Of a DNA stretch of 32,000 nt, positions 7,914-17,271 are shown piece after piece (within the stretch, counting starts at the first letter, position 1; every line of letters begins with the position of its first letter). The stretch covers positions 270,001 to 302,000 of the forward strand of contig JBAQRV010000001.1 of NCBI GenBank assembly GCA_049296095.1. Reading direction: 5' to 3'. Below the pieces are notes generated by a model. The model made no database searches. It was given only the letters and a program-made list of their open reading frames with translations, and had not been told where the DNA came from. This DNA comes from Candidatus Saccharimonadota bacterium. Its GTDB lineage: Bacteria > Patescibacteriota > Saccharimonadia > Saccharimonadales > Saccharimonadaceae. Position numbers and translations under genes: made by a program.

Positions 7914-7919
7914 AGTCAT

Positions 7920-8720
7920 ATGAAACTCTACTCCTGGAACGTCAATGGCATCCGCGCCGTCATCAATAAGGGCGCTTTCCAAACTTTTATGGCTGAGCAC
8001 CAACCAGATATCTTGTGTCTCCAGGAAACAAAGGCCAAGCAAGGCCAGGCAGAAATCGACCTAACTGGCTATGAGGAATACTGGAACAGTGCCGACAAGG
8101 CTGGTTATAGCGGGACGGCCATTTTCAGTAAATTCAAACCGATCCAGGTATTAAACGGGTTTGCTGATGCGATTGCTGAAAAATACAACCTTGCAGGTGA
8201 TAGTTACGGTGATCCAACCAAAGAGGGACGCGTCATTTCAGCCGAATTCAACGACTTCTGGGTCGTCACTGTCTACACTCCAAACTCAAAGGGTGATTTA
8301 AGTCGTCTTGAACTACGCCATACACAGTGGGATCCAGCTTTTCTTGAACATATTAAAGAACTTGAAAAGACTAAGCCTGTACTGTTTTCGGGTGACCTTA
8401 ACGTTGCTCATGCTGAAATCGACTTGGCAAATCCTAAAGCCAATATCGGCAAGCATGGGTTCACCAACGAAGAGCGCGAAGGGTTTGATAACTTTGAAAA
8501 AGCGGGGCTATTCGATACTTTCCGAACTCTGCATCCGGACCAAACCGAGGCCTACACATGGTGGACACACTGGGCCAACGCCCGCGCTCGTAATGTCGGG
8601 TGGCGGATTGATTACTGGCTAGCCAGCGATTCATTGAAAGATAAGGTTAAATCTGCCCAAATTCATCCCGATGTCATGGGCTCTGACCACTGTCCTGTCA
8701 GTATTGAACTGGATATCTAA
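7920..8720 (+). CDS. xth: Exodeoxyribonuclease III (AP endonuclease, Xth/ExoA family)
   Basis: MKLYSWNVNGIRA...PDILCLQETKA...SGDLNVAH...WRIDYWL...GSDHCPV. Start taken at M33 of the track ORF, since the earlier part overlaps smpB. Confidence 0.9.
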   Translation: MKLYSWNVNGIRAVINKGAFQTFMAEHQPDILCLQETKAKQGQAEIDLTGYEEYWNSADKAGYSGTAIFSKFKPIQVLNGFADAIAEKYNLAGDSYGDPTKEGRVISAEFNDFWVVTVYTPNSKGDLSRLELRHTQWDPAFLEHIKELEKTKPVLFSGDLNVAHAEIDLANPKANIGKHGFTNEEREGFDNFEKAGLFDTFRTLHPDQTEAYTWWTHWANARARNVGWRIDYWLASDSLKDKVKSAQIHPDVMGSDHCPVSIELDI

Positions 8721-9193
8721 TGCAGAAGAAGACATTATCTTTATTATTCCTCCGAAAAGACGATGAAGTATTACTCGCCATGAAAAAGCGAGGCTTCGGT
8801 GAAGGCCGCTGGAACGGCGTCGGCGGTAAGGTCGAAGAAGGTGAATCGATCGAGCAAGCTATGATTCGCGAAACCCAAGAGGAAATTGGCGTCACACCAA
8901 CTGCCTATCAAAAGGTGGGGGATATTCGTTTCGATGAATTCTTTAAAGGCGTCCCGACACTGATGCACGTTCACATTTTTATCGCCTCTGAATGGACCGG
9001 CGAACCAGCCGAGAGTGAAGAAATGGCCCCGAAATGGTTTAAAACAGATGAAGTGCCGTACGACGATATGTGGCCTGACGACCCCTACTGGCTCCCACAA
9101 GTATTACAGGGGAAAAAGATCTCGGCTGATTTCAAACTCGACGAATCGGATACTATAGTTTCTCATGATAGTAAGGAAGTGGCGGTAGTCTAA
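8720..9193 (+). CDS. NUDIX hydrolase (MutT-like)
   Basis: Nudix box GGKVEEGESIEQAMIRETQEEIGV. The start overlaps the xth stop (TAATG). Confidence 0.85.
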   Translation: MQKKTLSLLFLRKDDEVLLAMKKRGFGEGRWNGVGGKVEEGESIEQAMIRETQEEIGVTPTAYQKVGDIRFDEFFKGVPTLMHVHIFIASEWTGEPAESEEMAPKWFKTDEVPYDDMWPDDPYWLPQVLQGKKISADFKLDESDTIVSHDSKEVAVV

Positions 9194-9194
9194 T

Positions 9195-9923
9195 ATGAAA
9201 TTGTCGCCATCAACACTCCAACGTCTTGAAACCTTATCAAAGAGCGAAAAAGTTTACGTTCCAAACAGCAATGCCCAGGCAGCAATTCACAATCGTTACC
9301 TCATTGAACTTATCGGTCCAGCCGCTGGAGGCAAGTCTACAATTATGGGGCATGCTCAAGCCAAGGACACCGACTTTTCATACGTGACCGGTTTTACAAC
9401 CAGAGGACCTGAGCCACGAGATGTTCCAGGACGGTATTACTACTACAATACCGACGAAGAGGTGAACACTCTTATTGACCACATTGAAAAAGGTGACGTG
9501 CTCCAGTACGTCACCCATCCAACAAGTGGTCAATTGTACGGTTCATTTCCTAGTGACTATAAGACAAGTTATAACATGCTCGATACGCTTTTTAATACCG
9601 TTGCTGAACTTGATAGACTTCCATTCAAGGGAGTTCTCAAGATCGCGATCGTTTCGCGCGGCAATAGTTGGGCAGATCTATTCCTAGAACGATATCCCAA
9701 ACCATCTCAGGAAAGAACAAAACGTATCAACGAAGCAGTCTTGTGTCTTAACTGGATGATAAATGAGGCTCCTGACGATATGATATGGCTCGAAAATCCA
9801 TGGGGTACGGCTGAGTTAGCAGCCGATAATCTTATTTCACTCATAAAGGGTTCTAAAAAGACTGAGGATCTGCGACCTCTTGCTGTCGAAATGCTCGAAC
9901 GCGCAAAAGGTATTGCGGCATAA
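9195..9923 (+). CDS. Guanylate-kinase-like P-loop kinase (divergent)
   Basis: Walker A GPAAGGKST. GFTTRGPEPRDVPGRYYYY resembles the GMK TTR.PR..E..G..Y.F block, and LYGS follows later. The start lies 1 nt after the upstream stop. Confidence 0.5.
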   Translation: MKLSPSTLQRLETLSKSEKVYVPNSNAQAAIHNRYLIELIGPAAGGKSTIMGHAQAKDTDFSYVTGFTTRGPEPRDVPGRYYYYNTDEEVNTLIDHIEKGDVLQYVTHPTSGQLYGSFPSDYKTSYNMLDTLFNTVAELDRLPFKGVLKIAIVSRGNSWADLFLERYPKPSQERTKRINEAVLCLNWMINEAPDDMIWLENPWGTAELAADNLISLIKGSKKTEDLRPLAVEMLERAKGIAA

Positions 9924-10708
9924 TGGACTACTCCTACTGGAAAAAACAAACGCCAGGCACTCCACTCTTTCCTGATATCGAATGGAGCAAACCCGAACAA
10001 CGTGGTCAGGCCGGCAAGCTCGGCATTATCGGTGGCAACAAACTAGGCTTCGCGGGCGTCGCCGAAGCATACACTATCGCGACCGAAGCGGGTGTCGGAC
10101 AAGTGCGAGTGCTCCTGCCTGATGTCTTAAAAAAAGCTATCCCGAGTACCATTACTGACGCCGTCTTTGGACCAACCAACCCCTCTGGTAGTCTCACCAA
10201 AGAAGCCGTTGCCGAAATGAATGCAGTGGGCGAGTGGGCGAACAGTATTCTCTTGATTGGCGATGCTGGACGTAGCAGTGAAACAGCCATCGCCTACGAG
10301 CAATTCATCCAAAACTATCATGGACAACTCGTCCTCACTCGTGATGCGATTGATCTTGTTAAACATAGTTCCCAAACACTTGTTGATCGTCCAGACACGC
10401 TCCTGGTAGCGTCGTTTGCACAGCTGCAGAAATTATTTCAGCTGGTGTATTACCCAAAAGTGCTCACTTTTAGTATGCAGCTCACTAATTTAGTCGAGGC
10501 CGTTCATAAATTTACCATTACGTATCCTGTCAGTTTGGCAGTGCTTCATAAGGACCACCTGGTCATCGCCAGTGGTGGGGAAGTCGTCACTGTACCCTGG
10601 GACAATCCAATGGCGATCTGGCGGGGAAGTGTCGCGGCCAGAGCAGCCGCCTATTGGCTCTGGAGTCCAAAAAAACCGCTTGAAGCGGTCACAACGTCGA
10701 TTAAATAA
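9923..10708 (+). CDS. YjeF_C / carbohydrate-kinase-like domain protein (NAD(P)H-hydrate dehydratase-like, divergent)
   Basis: GKLGIIGGNKLGFAGVAEAYTIATEAGVGQVRVLLP resembles the G.v.iGGs..y.GA..la..aa...GaG.v.v block. The usual C-terminal GSGD motif is not evident (WRGSVAARAAAYWLW). The start overlaps the upstream stop (TAATG). Confidence 0.45.
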   Translation: MDYSYWKKQTPGTPLFPDIEWSKPEQRGQAGKLGIIGGNKLGFAGVAEAYTIATEAGVGQVRVLLPDVLKKAIPSTITDAVFGPTNPSGSLTKEAVAEMNAVGEWANSILLIGDAGRSSETAIAYEQFIQNYHGQLVLTRDAIDLVKHSSQTLVDRPDTLLVASFAQLQKLFQLVYYPKVLTFSMQLTNLVEAVHKFTITYPVSLAVLHKDHLVIASGGEVVTVPWDNPMAIWRGSVAARAAAYWLWSPKKPLEAVTTSIK

Positions 10709-10722
10709 TTATCCTGATTGAT

Positions 10723-10809
10723 TGGTGGGCAAGGAGGGACTTGAACCCTCACTCCCTTGCGAGAACCAGATTTTGAGTCTAGCGCGTCTACCGATTCCGC
10801 CACTCGCCC
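10723..10809 (-). tRNA. tRNA-Leu (anticodon CAA), CCA encoded
   Basis: Reverse complement: GGGCGAG-TG-GCGGAATCGGTAGACGCG-CTAGA-CTCAAAA-TCTGG-long variable arm-GAGGG-TTCAAGT-CCCTC-CTTGCCC-A-CCA. 87 nt, class II tRNA. Confidence 0.9.
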
Positions 10810-10892
10810 ACGTATCAACGGGGATAATGTGAGTCCAGCCGTCGCTGGAAGTACCAATGTATTGTACAATAGAACCTAGTAGGAATAAAGAT

Positions 10893-12125
10893 ATGAACCC
10901 TGATAAAAGCAGTCCTGGTGGAGATATGCCAACGCCTTCGTTGTCAGGGAGTTCGATACCCCCAAATCCAGCCCCTTCAACACAGGACGCCGCAGCTAAT
11001 GTTATCCGCTCACAAATCGATCAACTCTATAATAATACCTCCGCTCCTGACAACTCAAGAGAAGTGACACCTGTCGCACAGGTACATGAAGAACCAGTCA
11101 AGCAAGCGATTCTCGCCGACACCAATCCCTATCATCGCACCCACACGCCTCATTCCACTCCGCAGGCTGACCAGTGGAAAGAGTATCACAGCGCATGGCA
11201 GAATTATTACCAGAAATATTACGAGAACTATTACACTCAGACAGCCGCACAAGCACAGCAACCTCAGGGAAGTCATTATTTTTCTGGCTCATCACGGCAG
11301 CCTGAAAGAATTGAAGAGACCGCAGAAGAGCTGTCCAACGACCAAGCACTCTATGAGCTTCGACAAAAACTTCTTGGCAAAGTACAGGCTTCGGCAAAAA
11401 AGATCCGACGCAGCCGTCATTTCGTTCCCATTGCCGCGGCTCTTGGTGTCGTCCTCATTTTTGTGTTCCTCCAATATAACCGTGTCTTCATCGCCAACGT
11501 CGCCGCCTACGTCTCTCCTGGCAGTATTGATCCGCAGAATATTGTCGTTGATCCATCTAATGATATCGTCGTCAGCAACGACCCTCGACTCATCATCCCA
11601 AAGATCAATGTCGATGTCCCTGTACTCTATGATGTCGGGACTGACAATGCCTCCCAAATGGCTGCCATGGAAAAAGGAGTGGCTCATTTCCCAATCCCTG
11701 GGGCAAACAGTCATCCCGGCGAAATAGGCAATACCGCCATTGCAGGGCACAGTAGCAATGACCTGTTTGATCAGGGTGATTACAAGTTTATTTTTGCTCA
11801 GCTCGAGAAACTGGCACCAGGCGATAGTATATACGCCAACTACCAAGGCAAACGCTACACCTACGTTGTCACAAAAATGGAAGTCGTGAAACCAAATGAA
11901 ATCGGCAAGCTAGTGTATCCAACTGACAAACCCGTCCTCACCCTGATTACCTGCACCCCACTGGGTACCGCTATTAACCGTTTGCTTGTCACTGCCGAAC
12001 AAGTGAGCCCCGACCCTTCAGCAGCCGCTGCAGCCCCAGAAGGCGCTGGCCAGGGCGATGACACCAGTGCTATCCCAGGCAATTCACCAACCTTATTCGA
12101 ACGACTATTCGGCGGCGGTAACTAG
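10893..12125 (+). CDS. Sortase family transpeptidase (class E-like) with a long N-terminal cytoplasmic extension
   Basis: Catalytic His in TAIAGHSSN, TLxTC in LTLITCTP, Arg in NRLLVTAEQ. TM segment HFVPIAAALGVVLIFVFLQY. The N-terminal extension of about 180 aa is Q/Y/W-rich (WKEYHSAWQNYYQKYYENYY). ATG 10893 is preceded by AGGAA. The track start 10857 abuts the tRNA. Confidence 0.85.
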   Translation: MNPDKSSPGGDMPTPSLSGSSIPPNPAPSTQDAAANVIRSQIDQLYNNTSAPDNSREVTPVAQVHEEPVKQAILADTNPYHRTHTPHSTPQADQWKEYHSAWQNYYQKYYENYYTQTAAQAQQPQGSHYFSGSSRQPERIEETAEELSNDQALYELRQKLLGKVQASAKKIRRSRHFVPIAAALGVVLIFVFLQYNRVFIANVAAYVSPGSIDPQNIVVDPSNDIVVSNDPRLIIPKINVDVPVLYDVGTDNASQMAAMEKGVAHFPIPGANSHPGEIGNTAIAGHSSNDLFDQGDYKFIFAQLEKLAPGDSIYANYQGKRYTYVVTKMEVVKPNEIGKLVYPTDKPVLTLITCTPLGTAINRLLVTAEQVSPDPSAAAAAPEGAGQGDDTSAIPGNSPTLFERLFGGGN

Positions 12126-13594
12126 TCGAGGATCATTTTCACGCGCTGGAGATAGTAGCTGTCACCCGACTTCACCATGCTGTAAAGATAGCGACCATTT
12201 TGGCTCAACGTAACGTCTAAACCTTGTGCAACCGAGTTAATAGTGTGGCTATTCGTGCCATCGAACTCGCGAATAACCAAGGTACCGCCATAATCAGTCC
12301 ATAGATATGCATTATCTAACCAGTGGAGTTGCGGTACGGGCTGGTCAGCGATCGCCGTGATAGAACCAGTCGTGGCTCGCTCATGCTCTAGCTCATAGCC
12401 GACAAAGCTCAGCCCTGACTGCACCACCAAGTAGTCGCCGTCTTCACTAAAGGAAAGCTGCGAAACCGCTCCGTTAACCGTCAGTTCATGTTGAACTTTC
12501 AGGCTTGAGACATCATCATTGCTCGAGGTTGGGTAGGTACCCTTTAGAACGGTCACTTTTAGCCCTTCGGCTATCACGACATAATCATCATTGCGATATA
12601 TGACCATGTCAATAAACAGGGGAGTCTCGAGCGATGAAACGGTGCGAAGAACGTGCGGTGCCGCATCACCATCACGATACACCCCAGCCACCTGCTGGGC
12701 GGCATTATTCGGATCAATACCGACATAACTAATCCTATTCGTCTCAGACAGATCAAACGTCTTCACATTACTAATAAGCGGTCGAGAAATTGTCGCAGCT
12801 GATACGTCAAGCTTACGAACCGTCCCATCACTTAACAGGCCGTAGAGTAGCGAGCCATTCGTGCCAGCAAACTCTAGTTGAGACACAGAGATGCTCAAGA
12901 GACGGCTAATATTGACGCTAGCATCAGGATTTTGCGTATCGAACACGATCCATTCACCCGTGTCATTATAGGCGTGCTTTAGAAGCACATAGCGACCACC
13001 CAGGTCCCAGTGATCCAGCGTGAAACTATGGGTCACACCAGCCGTCGTTGCCTCACTATACGCAGCTGCGGGCAATGCGATGGCTGTCGACTTAATATCC
13101 TGCGAACGAAGGTCGACCAGCTGGAAAGTTGGCGTATCGGTTTTTTCTTGAATAATGAGTGTCTTTAGGTCTGGTGAGGCTTTTTCACCAACGATAGTTG
13201 AATACGTCGCAACCGTTTCTGGTTTGAGATCCTTGGGAACTAATCGAATGTAATCAAGCCAGGTGAGCGTACCGGCCTTCACAGTCAGAGATTTTGCCCA
13301 TGACTCGTAGCCATTCTTACTCACGACAAACGAATGCGCACCAGCTAGTACCGATTGTTTGCCAGCCGTTCGCACGCCAGTTGGTTTACTGTCGATTGCT
13401 ATGTCCGCACCAGCAGGCACTGACTCAAACTGCAGCAAAGCACCTTGTTCGAGGCGACCCTTTTCACTATCGAGGCGAAAGCCCAAAATGAAGAGAATCG
13501 TACCCGTGACAATCACCAAGACGGCGAGAACCGAAATGACTGACACAATAATGCGCTGAAGTAATAACTGCTTCTTTGAAGGTCGTCGATACAT
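12122..13594 (-). CDS. PEGA-domain membrane protein with a C-terminal beta-propeller-like region
   Basis: N-terminal TM segment IIVSVISVLAVLVIVTGTILFILGF. PEGA-type block FESVPAGADIAIDSKPTG...AGAHSFVVSKNGYESW. The stop codon shares the palindrome CTAG (12122-12125) with the sortase stop. Confidence 0.75.
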   Translation of the reverse strand: MYRRPSKKQLLLQRIIVSVISVLAVLVIVTGTILFILGFRLDSEKGRLEQGALLQFESVPAGADIAIDSKPTGVRTAGKQSVLAGAHSFVVSKNGYESWAKSLTVKAGTLTWLDYIRLVPKDLKPETVATYSTIVGEKASPDLKTLIIQEKTDTPTFQLVDLRSQDIKSTAIALPAAAYSEATTAGVTHSFTLDHWDLGGRYVLLKHAYNDTGEWIVFDTQNPDASVNISRLLSISVSQLEFAGTNGSLLYGLLSDGTVRKLDVSAATISRPLISNVKTFDLSETNRISYVGIDPNNAAQQVAGVYRDGDAAPHVLRTVSSLETPLFIDMVIYRNDDYVVIAEGLKVTVLKGTYPTSSNDDVSSLKVQHELTVNGAVSQLSFSEDGDYLVVQSGLSFVGYELEHERATTGSITAIADQPVPQLHWLDNAYLWTDYGGTLVIREFDGTNSHTINSVAQGLDVTLSQNGRYLYSMVKSGDSYYLQRVKMILD

Positions 13595-13604
13595 CGTTAT
13601 GTTT

Positions 13605-13613
13605 ATTATACCA
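13605..13613 (-). promoter_or_regulatory. Extended -10 TGgTATAAT, 10 nt upstream of ATG 13594
   Basis: Minus strand reads aatTGgTATAATaaacataacgATG. Confidence 0.5.
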
Positions 13614-13720
13614 ATTTGTCCTTATTTTTATGCAACTACTTGCATAAGCAGGATGATACTTCTAATATAGGTCTAACGTACGTTGATGATTAATACGCGT
13701 ACCAACTGACCTGCGAGGAA

Positions 13721-14686
13721 ATGAACACCACAATGCAAGCAAACAAGACTGTCACTATTAACGGGCGTACATACGACGCCGTTACAGGCTTACCTGTCCA
13801 AAAGAAAAGCACGCCTGCCGTGAAACCGACCAAACCAACCCCAGCGGCAGCGAAGCGGGCTGATCACGTCCCAGCTGCAAGTGTCCACACAACGACACAG
13901 CGTTCCCAGACTCTTCACCGTCGTGCGACCAAAAAACCTGCCTCACTTGCCAAACGTCCACAAGCTGGTCGCCATATGGATATATCTCGTAGCAAGTCGA
14001 TCTCTCGGTTTGCTCCTCATCCCGCAGCTGTGACTGCAAAGAAACCTTCAACTCCAGACGTACCAGTTCGACCACACCCAGCCGCAGCACGCGCCCTTGC
14101 CCGCACAAGTACAAACACAAAGCCAGCTACTAAGTCATCGAAACAAATCAAAGATGCGGCGATTTCAGCAGCACTTTCGACCCCAACTCAAAAACCGATC
14201 AAACAAAAGAGGTTCAAGTGGCAATGGTCACGTCGCTTTACAATCATCACGGCTATTTTTGCGTTGCTTATCATCGGTGCAACCATTACCTATGCCAATC
14301 TTCCCGTCCTCTCAGTCGGCTTCGCAGCTGCACAGTCAGGTATTAATGCGACCTACCCCGAATATCGACCCGACGGCTATAGCTTGTCTCAGCCAGTCAC
14401 ATTCCGTGACGGGGAAGTGAGCCTGACGTTCAAGTCCAACACCAGCGACAGTGGCTACACTATCACACAGACTCGCAGCTCTTGGGATTCAACAGCAGTT
14501 CTCGACAATGTCGTACGCAAAGATGCTGGTGATGACTACACCACGACACAGGAAAAGGGTCTCATTATCTACGCTTACGATGAAAACACTGTCGCTACCT
14601 GGGTCAACGGCGGCATTCTCTACAAGATTAAAACGACCGCTCCACTGTCAGGCGAACAGATCCGCCGCATAGCCACTAGCCTGTAA
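13721..14686 (+). CDS. Single-pass membrane protein with a K/P/A/T-rich N-terminal region and a DUF4367-like C-terminal domain
   Basis: TM segment FTIITAIFALLIIGATITYANL. The C-terminus ...YTITQTRSSWDS...ATWVNGGILYKIKTTAPLSGEQIRRIATSL resembles DUF4367 ends (W..ng..Y.i.....s.eel..ia.Sl). GAGGAA lies just upstream of the ATG. Confidence 0.6.
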   Translation: MNTTMQANKTVTINGRTYDAVTGLPVQKKSTPAVKPTKPTPAAAKRADHVPAASVHTTTQRSQTLHRRATKKPASLAKRPQAGRHMDISRSKSISRFAPHPAAVTAKKPSTPDVPVRPHPAAARALARTSTNTKPATKSSKQIKDAAISAALSTPTQKPIKQKRFKWQWSRRFTIITAIFALLIIGATITYANLPVLSVGFAAAQSGINATYPEYRPDGYSLSQPVTFRDGEVSLTFKSNTSDSGYTITQTRSSWDSTAVLDNVVRKDAGDDYTTTQEKGLIIYAYDENTVATWVNGGILYKIKTTAPLSGEQIRRIATSL

Positions 14687-14689
14687 ATC

Positions 14690-14698
14690 TGGTATACT
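14690..14698 (+). promoter_or_regulatory. Extended -10 TGgTATACT, 10 nt upstream of gltX ATG
   Basis: atcTGgTATACTacccctaattATG. Confidence 0.5.
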
Positions 14699-14708
14699 AC
14701 CCCTAATT

Positions 14709-16133
14709 ATGACTCAAGTTGTTCGTACTCGTTTTGCGCCTAGTCCAACCGGCTTTATGCACGTTGGTGGTGTTCGTACCGCGCTTTTTGCATGGCTCTT
14801 AGCAAGACAAAAAAAGGGCCAGTTTATCCTGCGTCTCGAAGATACCGACCAAAAGAGGGAAGTCGAAGGCTCGGCTGAGCATATTATTCTTGCTCTCAAT
14901 GCCCTCGGTATCCACCACGACGAAGGTCCAGATATTGGTGGACCTTATACTCCTTATATACAGAGTAAGCGTCTCGACATCTATCGGACTTGGGCGCAAA
15001 AACTCATCGATACTGGCCGCGCATACGCCGATCCCTATACAGCTGATGAAATTGACGCCTTTCGTGAATCCGCCAAAGCCAACAAGAAAGCTTTCCTTTA
15101 CCGAGACCACCGTCCAGAAAATCCACCAGCATGGGATGGCACGACCCCTCTTCGTTTCAAGTCTGAACCAAAAGCCTATCATTGGCACGACGAAGTCCTC
15201 GGTGACCTGTCGACTGGTCCAGAGGTTATCGATGATATCATCCTAATTAAGTCTGACGGCTTTCCGACCTACAACTTCGCCCACATCGTCGATGACGCCG
15301 AAATGAAGATCAGCCACATTATCCGTGGCCAAGAGTTCATTGCCAGCCAACCAAACTATTTGAATCTTTACGAAGCACTCGGTCTCGAATTCCCAATTTT
15401 CGCCACTATGCCGCATATCTTGGCCGAATCAGGTAACAAGAAATTGGGTAAGCGTGACGGTGCGAAAGATGTTCTTGATTACCTCAAGGAAGGCTACCTC
15501 CCTGAGACCATGGTCAATTTTATTGCTAGCCTTGGCTGGAACGATGGCACCGAACAGGAAATCTTTACCGTTGATGAACTCATTGCCAAGTTCAGCCTGG
15601 ACCGCGTCCAAAAAAGTGGTGCTCGTTTTGATGAGAAGCGCCTGGAATGGATGAATGGCCAACACATCCGCATGCTATCACTCGACGATCTTTATGAACG
15701 AGTAAAGGACTTTTGGCCCGAATCAGCCGCAAACGCTGATGATACCAAGAAAAAACAGATCCTCGCTTTAGTGCAAGATCGCCTTAAAACGCTCAAAGAC
15801 CTTGCGACATTGACTGATTATTTCTTCACCGAACCAACCCCCGACTGGTCGATGATCGACGATAATAAACAGCTATCCAAAGTATCTCGAGAAGAAATTA
15901 ATTCACTCTTAACTCAGGCAAAGTCAGCACTCGAAACAAGTGATTTTGATGCCGAAAGCATCCAAAACACCTTAAATAGCCTGCTGGAAACTACCGGACA
16001 AAAACCAGGTATTCTGTTTAGCCTGATTCGTATCGCCGTCTCGTGGGCACCGTTTAGCCCTGCCTTAAACGAAACCTTGGCTACACTCGGTAAAGAAACG
16101 ACCTTACGCCGACTTCAGACTGCTATTAGATAA
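14709..16133 (+). CDS. gltX: Glutamate--tRNA ligase
   Basis: RFAPSPTGFMHVGGVRTALF (HIGH-type), LRLEDTD, KKLGKRDG (KMSKS-type), 474 aa. Confidence 0.95.
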   Translation: MTQVVRTRFAPSPTGFMHVGGVRTALFAWLLARQKKGQFILRLEDTDQKREVEGSAEHIILALNALGIHHDEGPDIGGPYTPYIQSKRLDIYRTWAQKLIDTGRAYADPYTADEIDAFRESAKANKKAFLYRDHRPENPPAWDGTTPLRFKSEPKAYHWHDEVLGDLSTGPEVIDDIILIKSDGFPTYNFAHIVDDAEMKISHIIRGQEFIASQPNYLNLYEALGLEFPIFATMPHILAESGNKKLGKRDGAKDVLDYLKEGYLPETMVNFIASLGWNDGTEQEIFTVDELIAKFSLDRVQKSGARFDEKRLEWMNGQHIRMLSLDDLYERVKDFWPESAANADDTKKKQILALVQDRLKTLKDLATLTDYFFTEPTPDWSMIDDNKQLSKVSREEINSLLTQAKSALETSDFDAESIQNTLNSLLETTGQKPGILFSLIRIAVSWAPFSPALNETLATLGKETTLRRLQTAIR

Positions 16134-16143
16134 GCTCCCAGTT

Positions 16144-16152
16144 TGCTATAAT
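16144..16152 (+). promoter_or_regulatory. Extended -10 TGcTATAAT, 12 nt upstream of ATG 16165
   Basis: gttTGcTATAATaacgcttaagctATG. Confidence 0.45.
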
Positions 16153-16164
16153 AACGCTTAAGCT

Positions 16165-17271
16165 ATGTTCAAACACAAAAAGCTTTCTTTAAACGTGAAA
16201 GAAACCGGACCAAAAAGTCCGAACTGGTTTCGTCGTCACAAAAAACTCGTCATTATCCTCAGTTTCGTACTGGTTATTTTGATCGGCGGGGGAGTTGCAG
16301 CTGCTGTCTATTTCCTCAACCAAAAGCCTGTCGAAACACCAGCAAAAGTCGAGCAACCAACGCCACCGCCAGAACCACCAAAGTACTATTCGCCTCTAAC
16401 GGGTAATCTTGTCGCTACAGAAGCCATCACCCAGCAAGCAGTCACAGGCATCATGATCGAAAATAGCCCCGATGCACGGCCACAATCGGGCCTCAAAGAC
16501 AGTGGCGTTATCTTCGAAGCGATTGCCGAAGGTGGTATTACACGCTTCCTCGTCTTGTACCAAGAGCAAAAACCCCAACTCATCGGACCAGTCCGCAGTG
16601 TACGCATGTACTATGTCGACTGGGTCGCTGCCTTTAACGCCAGCGTTGCTCATATCGGCGGCAGTTCCGAAGCACTCAAAGAGGTCAGGAACGGCAATTA
16701 TCGAGATATCGACCAGTTCTTCAACGCAGGATCATATTGGCGCGCCACTGATCGCTATGCGCCCCACAATGTTTACACCAGCTTTGAACGTCTCGATGCG
16801 CTCAATGCTGCCAAAGGATATACCACCTCCACATTTACAGGCTTTACCCGCAAAGATAGTAAGACTGCTGAAATTCTAACCGCTTCTTCAGTTGACGTGA
16901 CGATCAGCAGCTTCACCTACAACAGCCACTACGACTACGATGCAACGACTGGCCTCTACAACCGTTCCCAGGCGGGCGCACCGCACACCGATAGGGAAGC
17001 AGGGCAGATCAGTCCGCGAGTTGTGATTGTGATGAAGATTCCAGAGACACTCGTCTTTGAAGATGGCTACCGACAACAACTCACTACCATCGGGAGCGGT
17101 ACGGCGTATATTTTCCAGGACGGTACCGCACAGGAGGTCACTTGGACCAAGGCCAGCAAGACTGATCAGATCAAGTTTACCGACACCGAAGGCAAAGACG
17201 TGCCGCTCGCGAGAGGCCAAACCTGGCTGACAGCCGTTCCTGCTGATACCGGAGGTGCAACGTGGCAGTAA
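16165..17271 (+). CDS. DUF3048 (YerB-like) extracytoplasmic protein with an N-terminal TM anchor
   Basis: TM segment LVIILSFVLVILIGGGVAAAVYFL. MIENSPDARPQSGLKDSGVIFEAIAEGGITRFLVLYQ is the typical DUF3048 core. Confidence 0.8.
   Translation: MFKHKKLSLNVKETGPKSPNWFRRHKKLVIILSFVLVILIGGGVAAAVYFLNQKPVETPAKVEQPTPPPEPPKYYSPLTGNLVATEAITQQAVTGIMIENSPDARPQSGLKDSGVIFEAIAEGGITRFLVLYQEQKPQLIGPVRSVRMYYVDWVAAFNASVAHIGGSSEALKEVRNGNYRDIDQFFNAGSYWRATDRYAPHNVYTSFERLDALNAAKGYTTSTFTGFTRKDSKTAEILTASSVDVTISSFTYNSHYDYDATTGLYNRSQAGAPHTDREAGQISPRVVIVMKIPETLVFEDGYRQQLTTIGSGTAYIFQDGTAQEVTWTKASKTDQIKFTDTEGKDVPLARGQTWLTAVPADTGGATWQ

Noticed and set aside
10651-10869. 72-aa minus-strand ORF.
   Set aside because: It is fully occupied by the tRNA-Leu(CAA) gene at 10723-10809.
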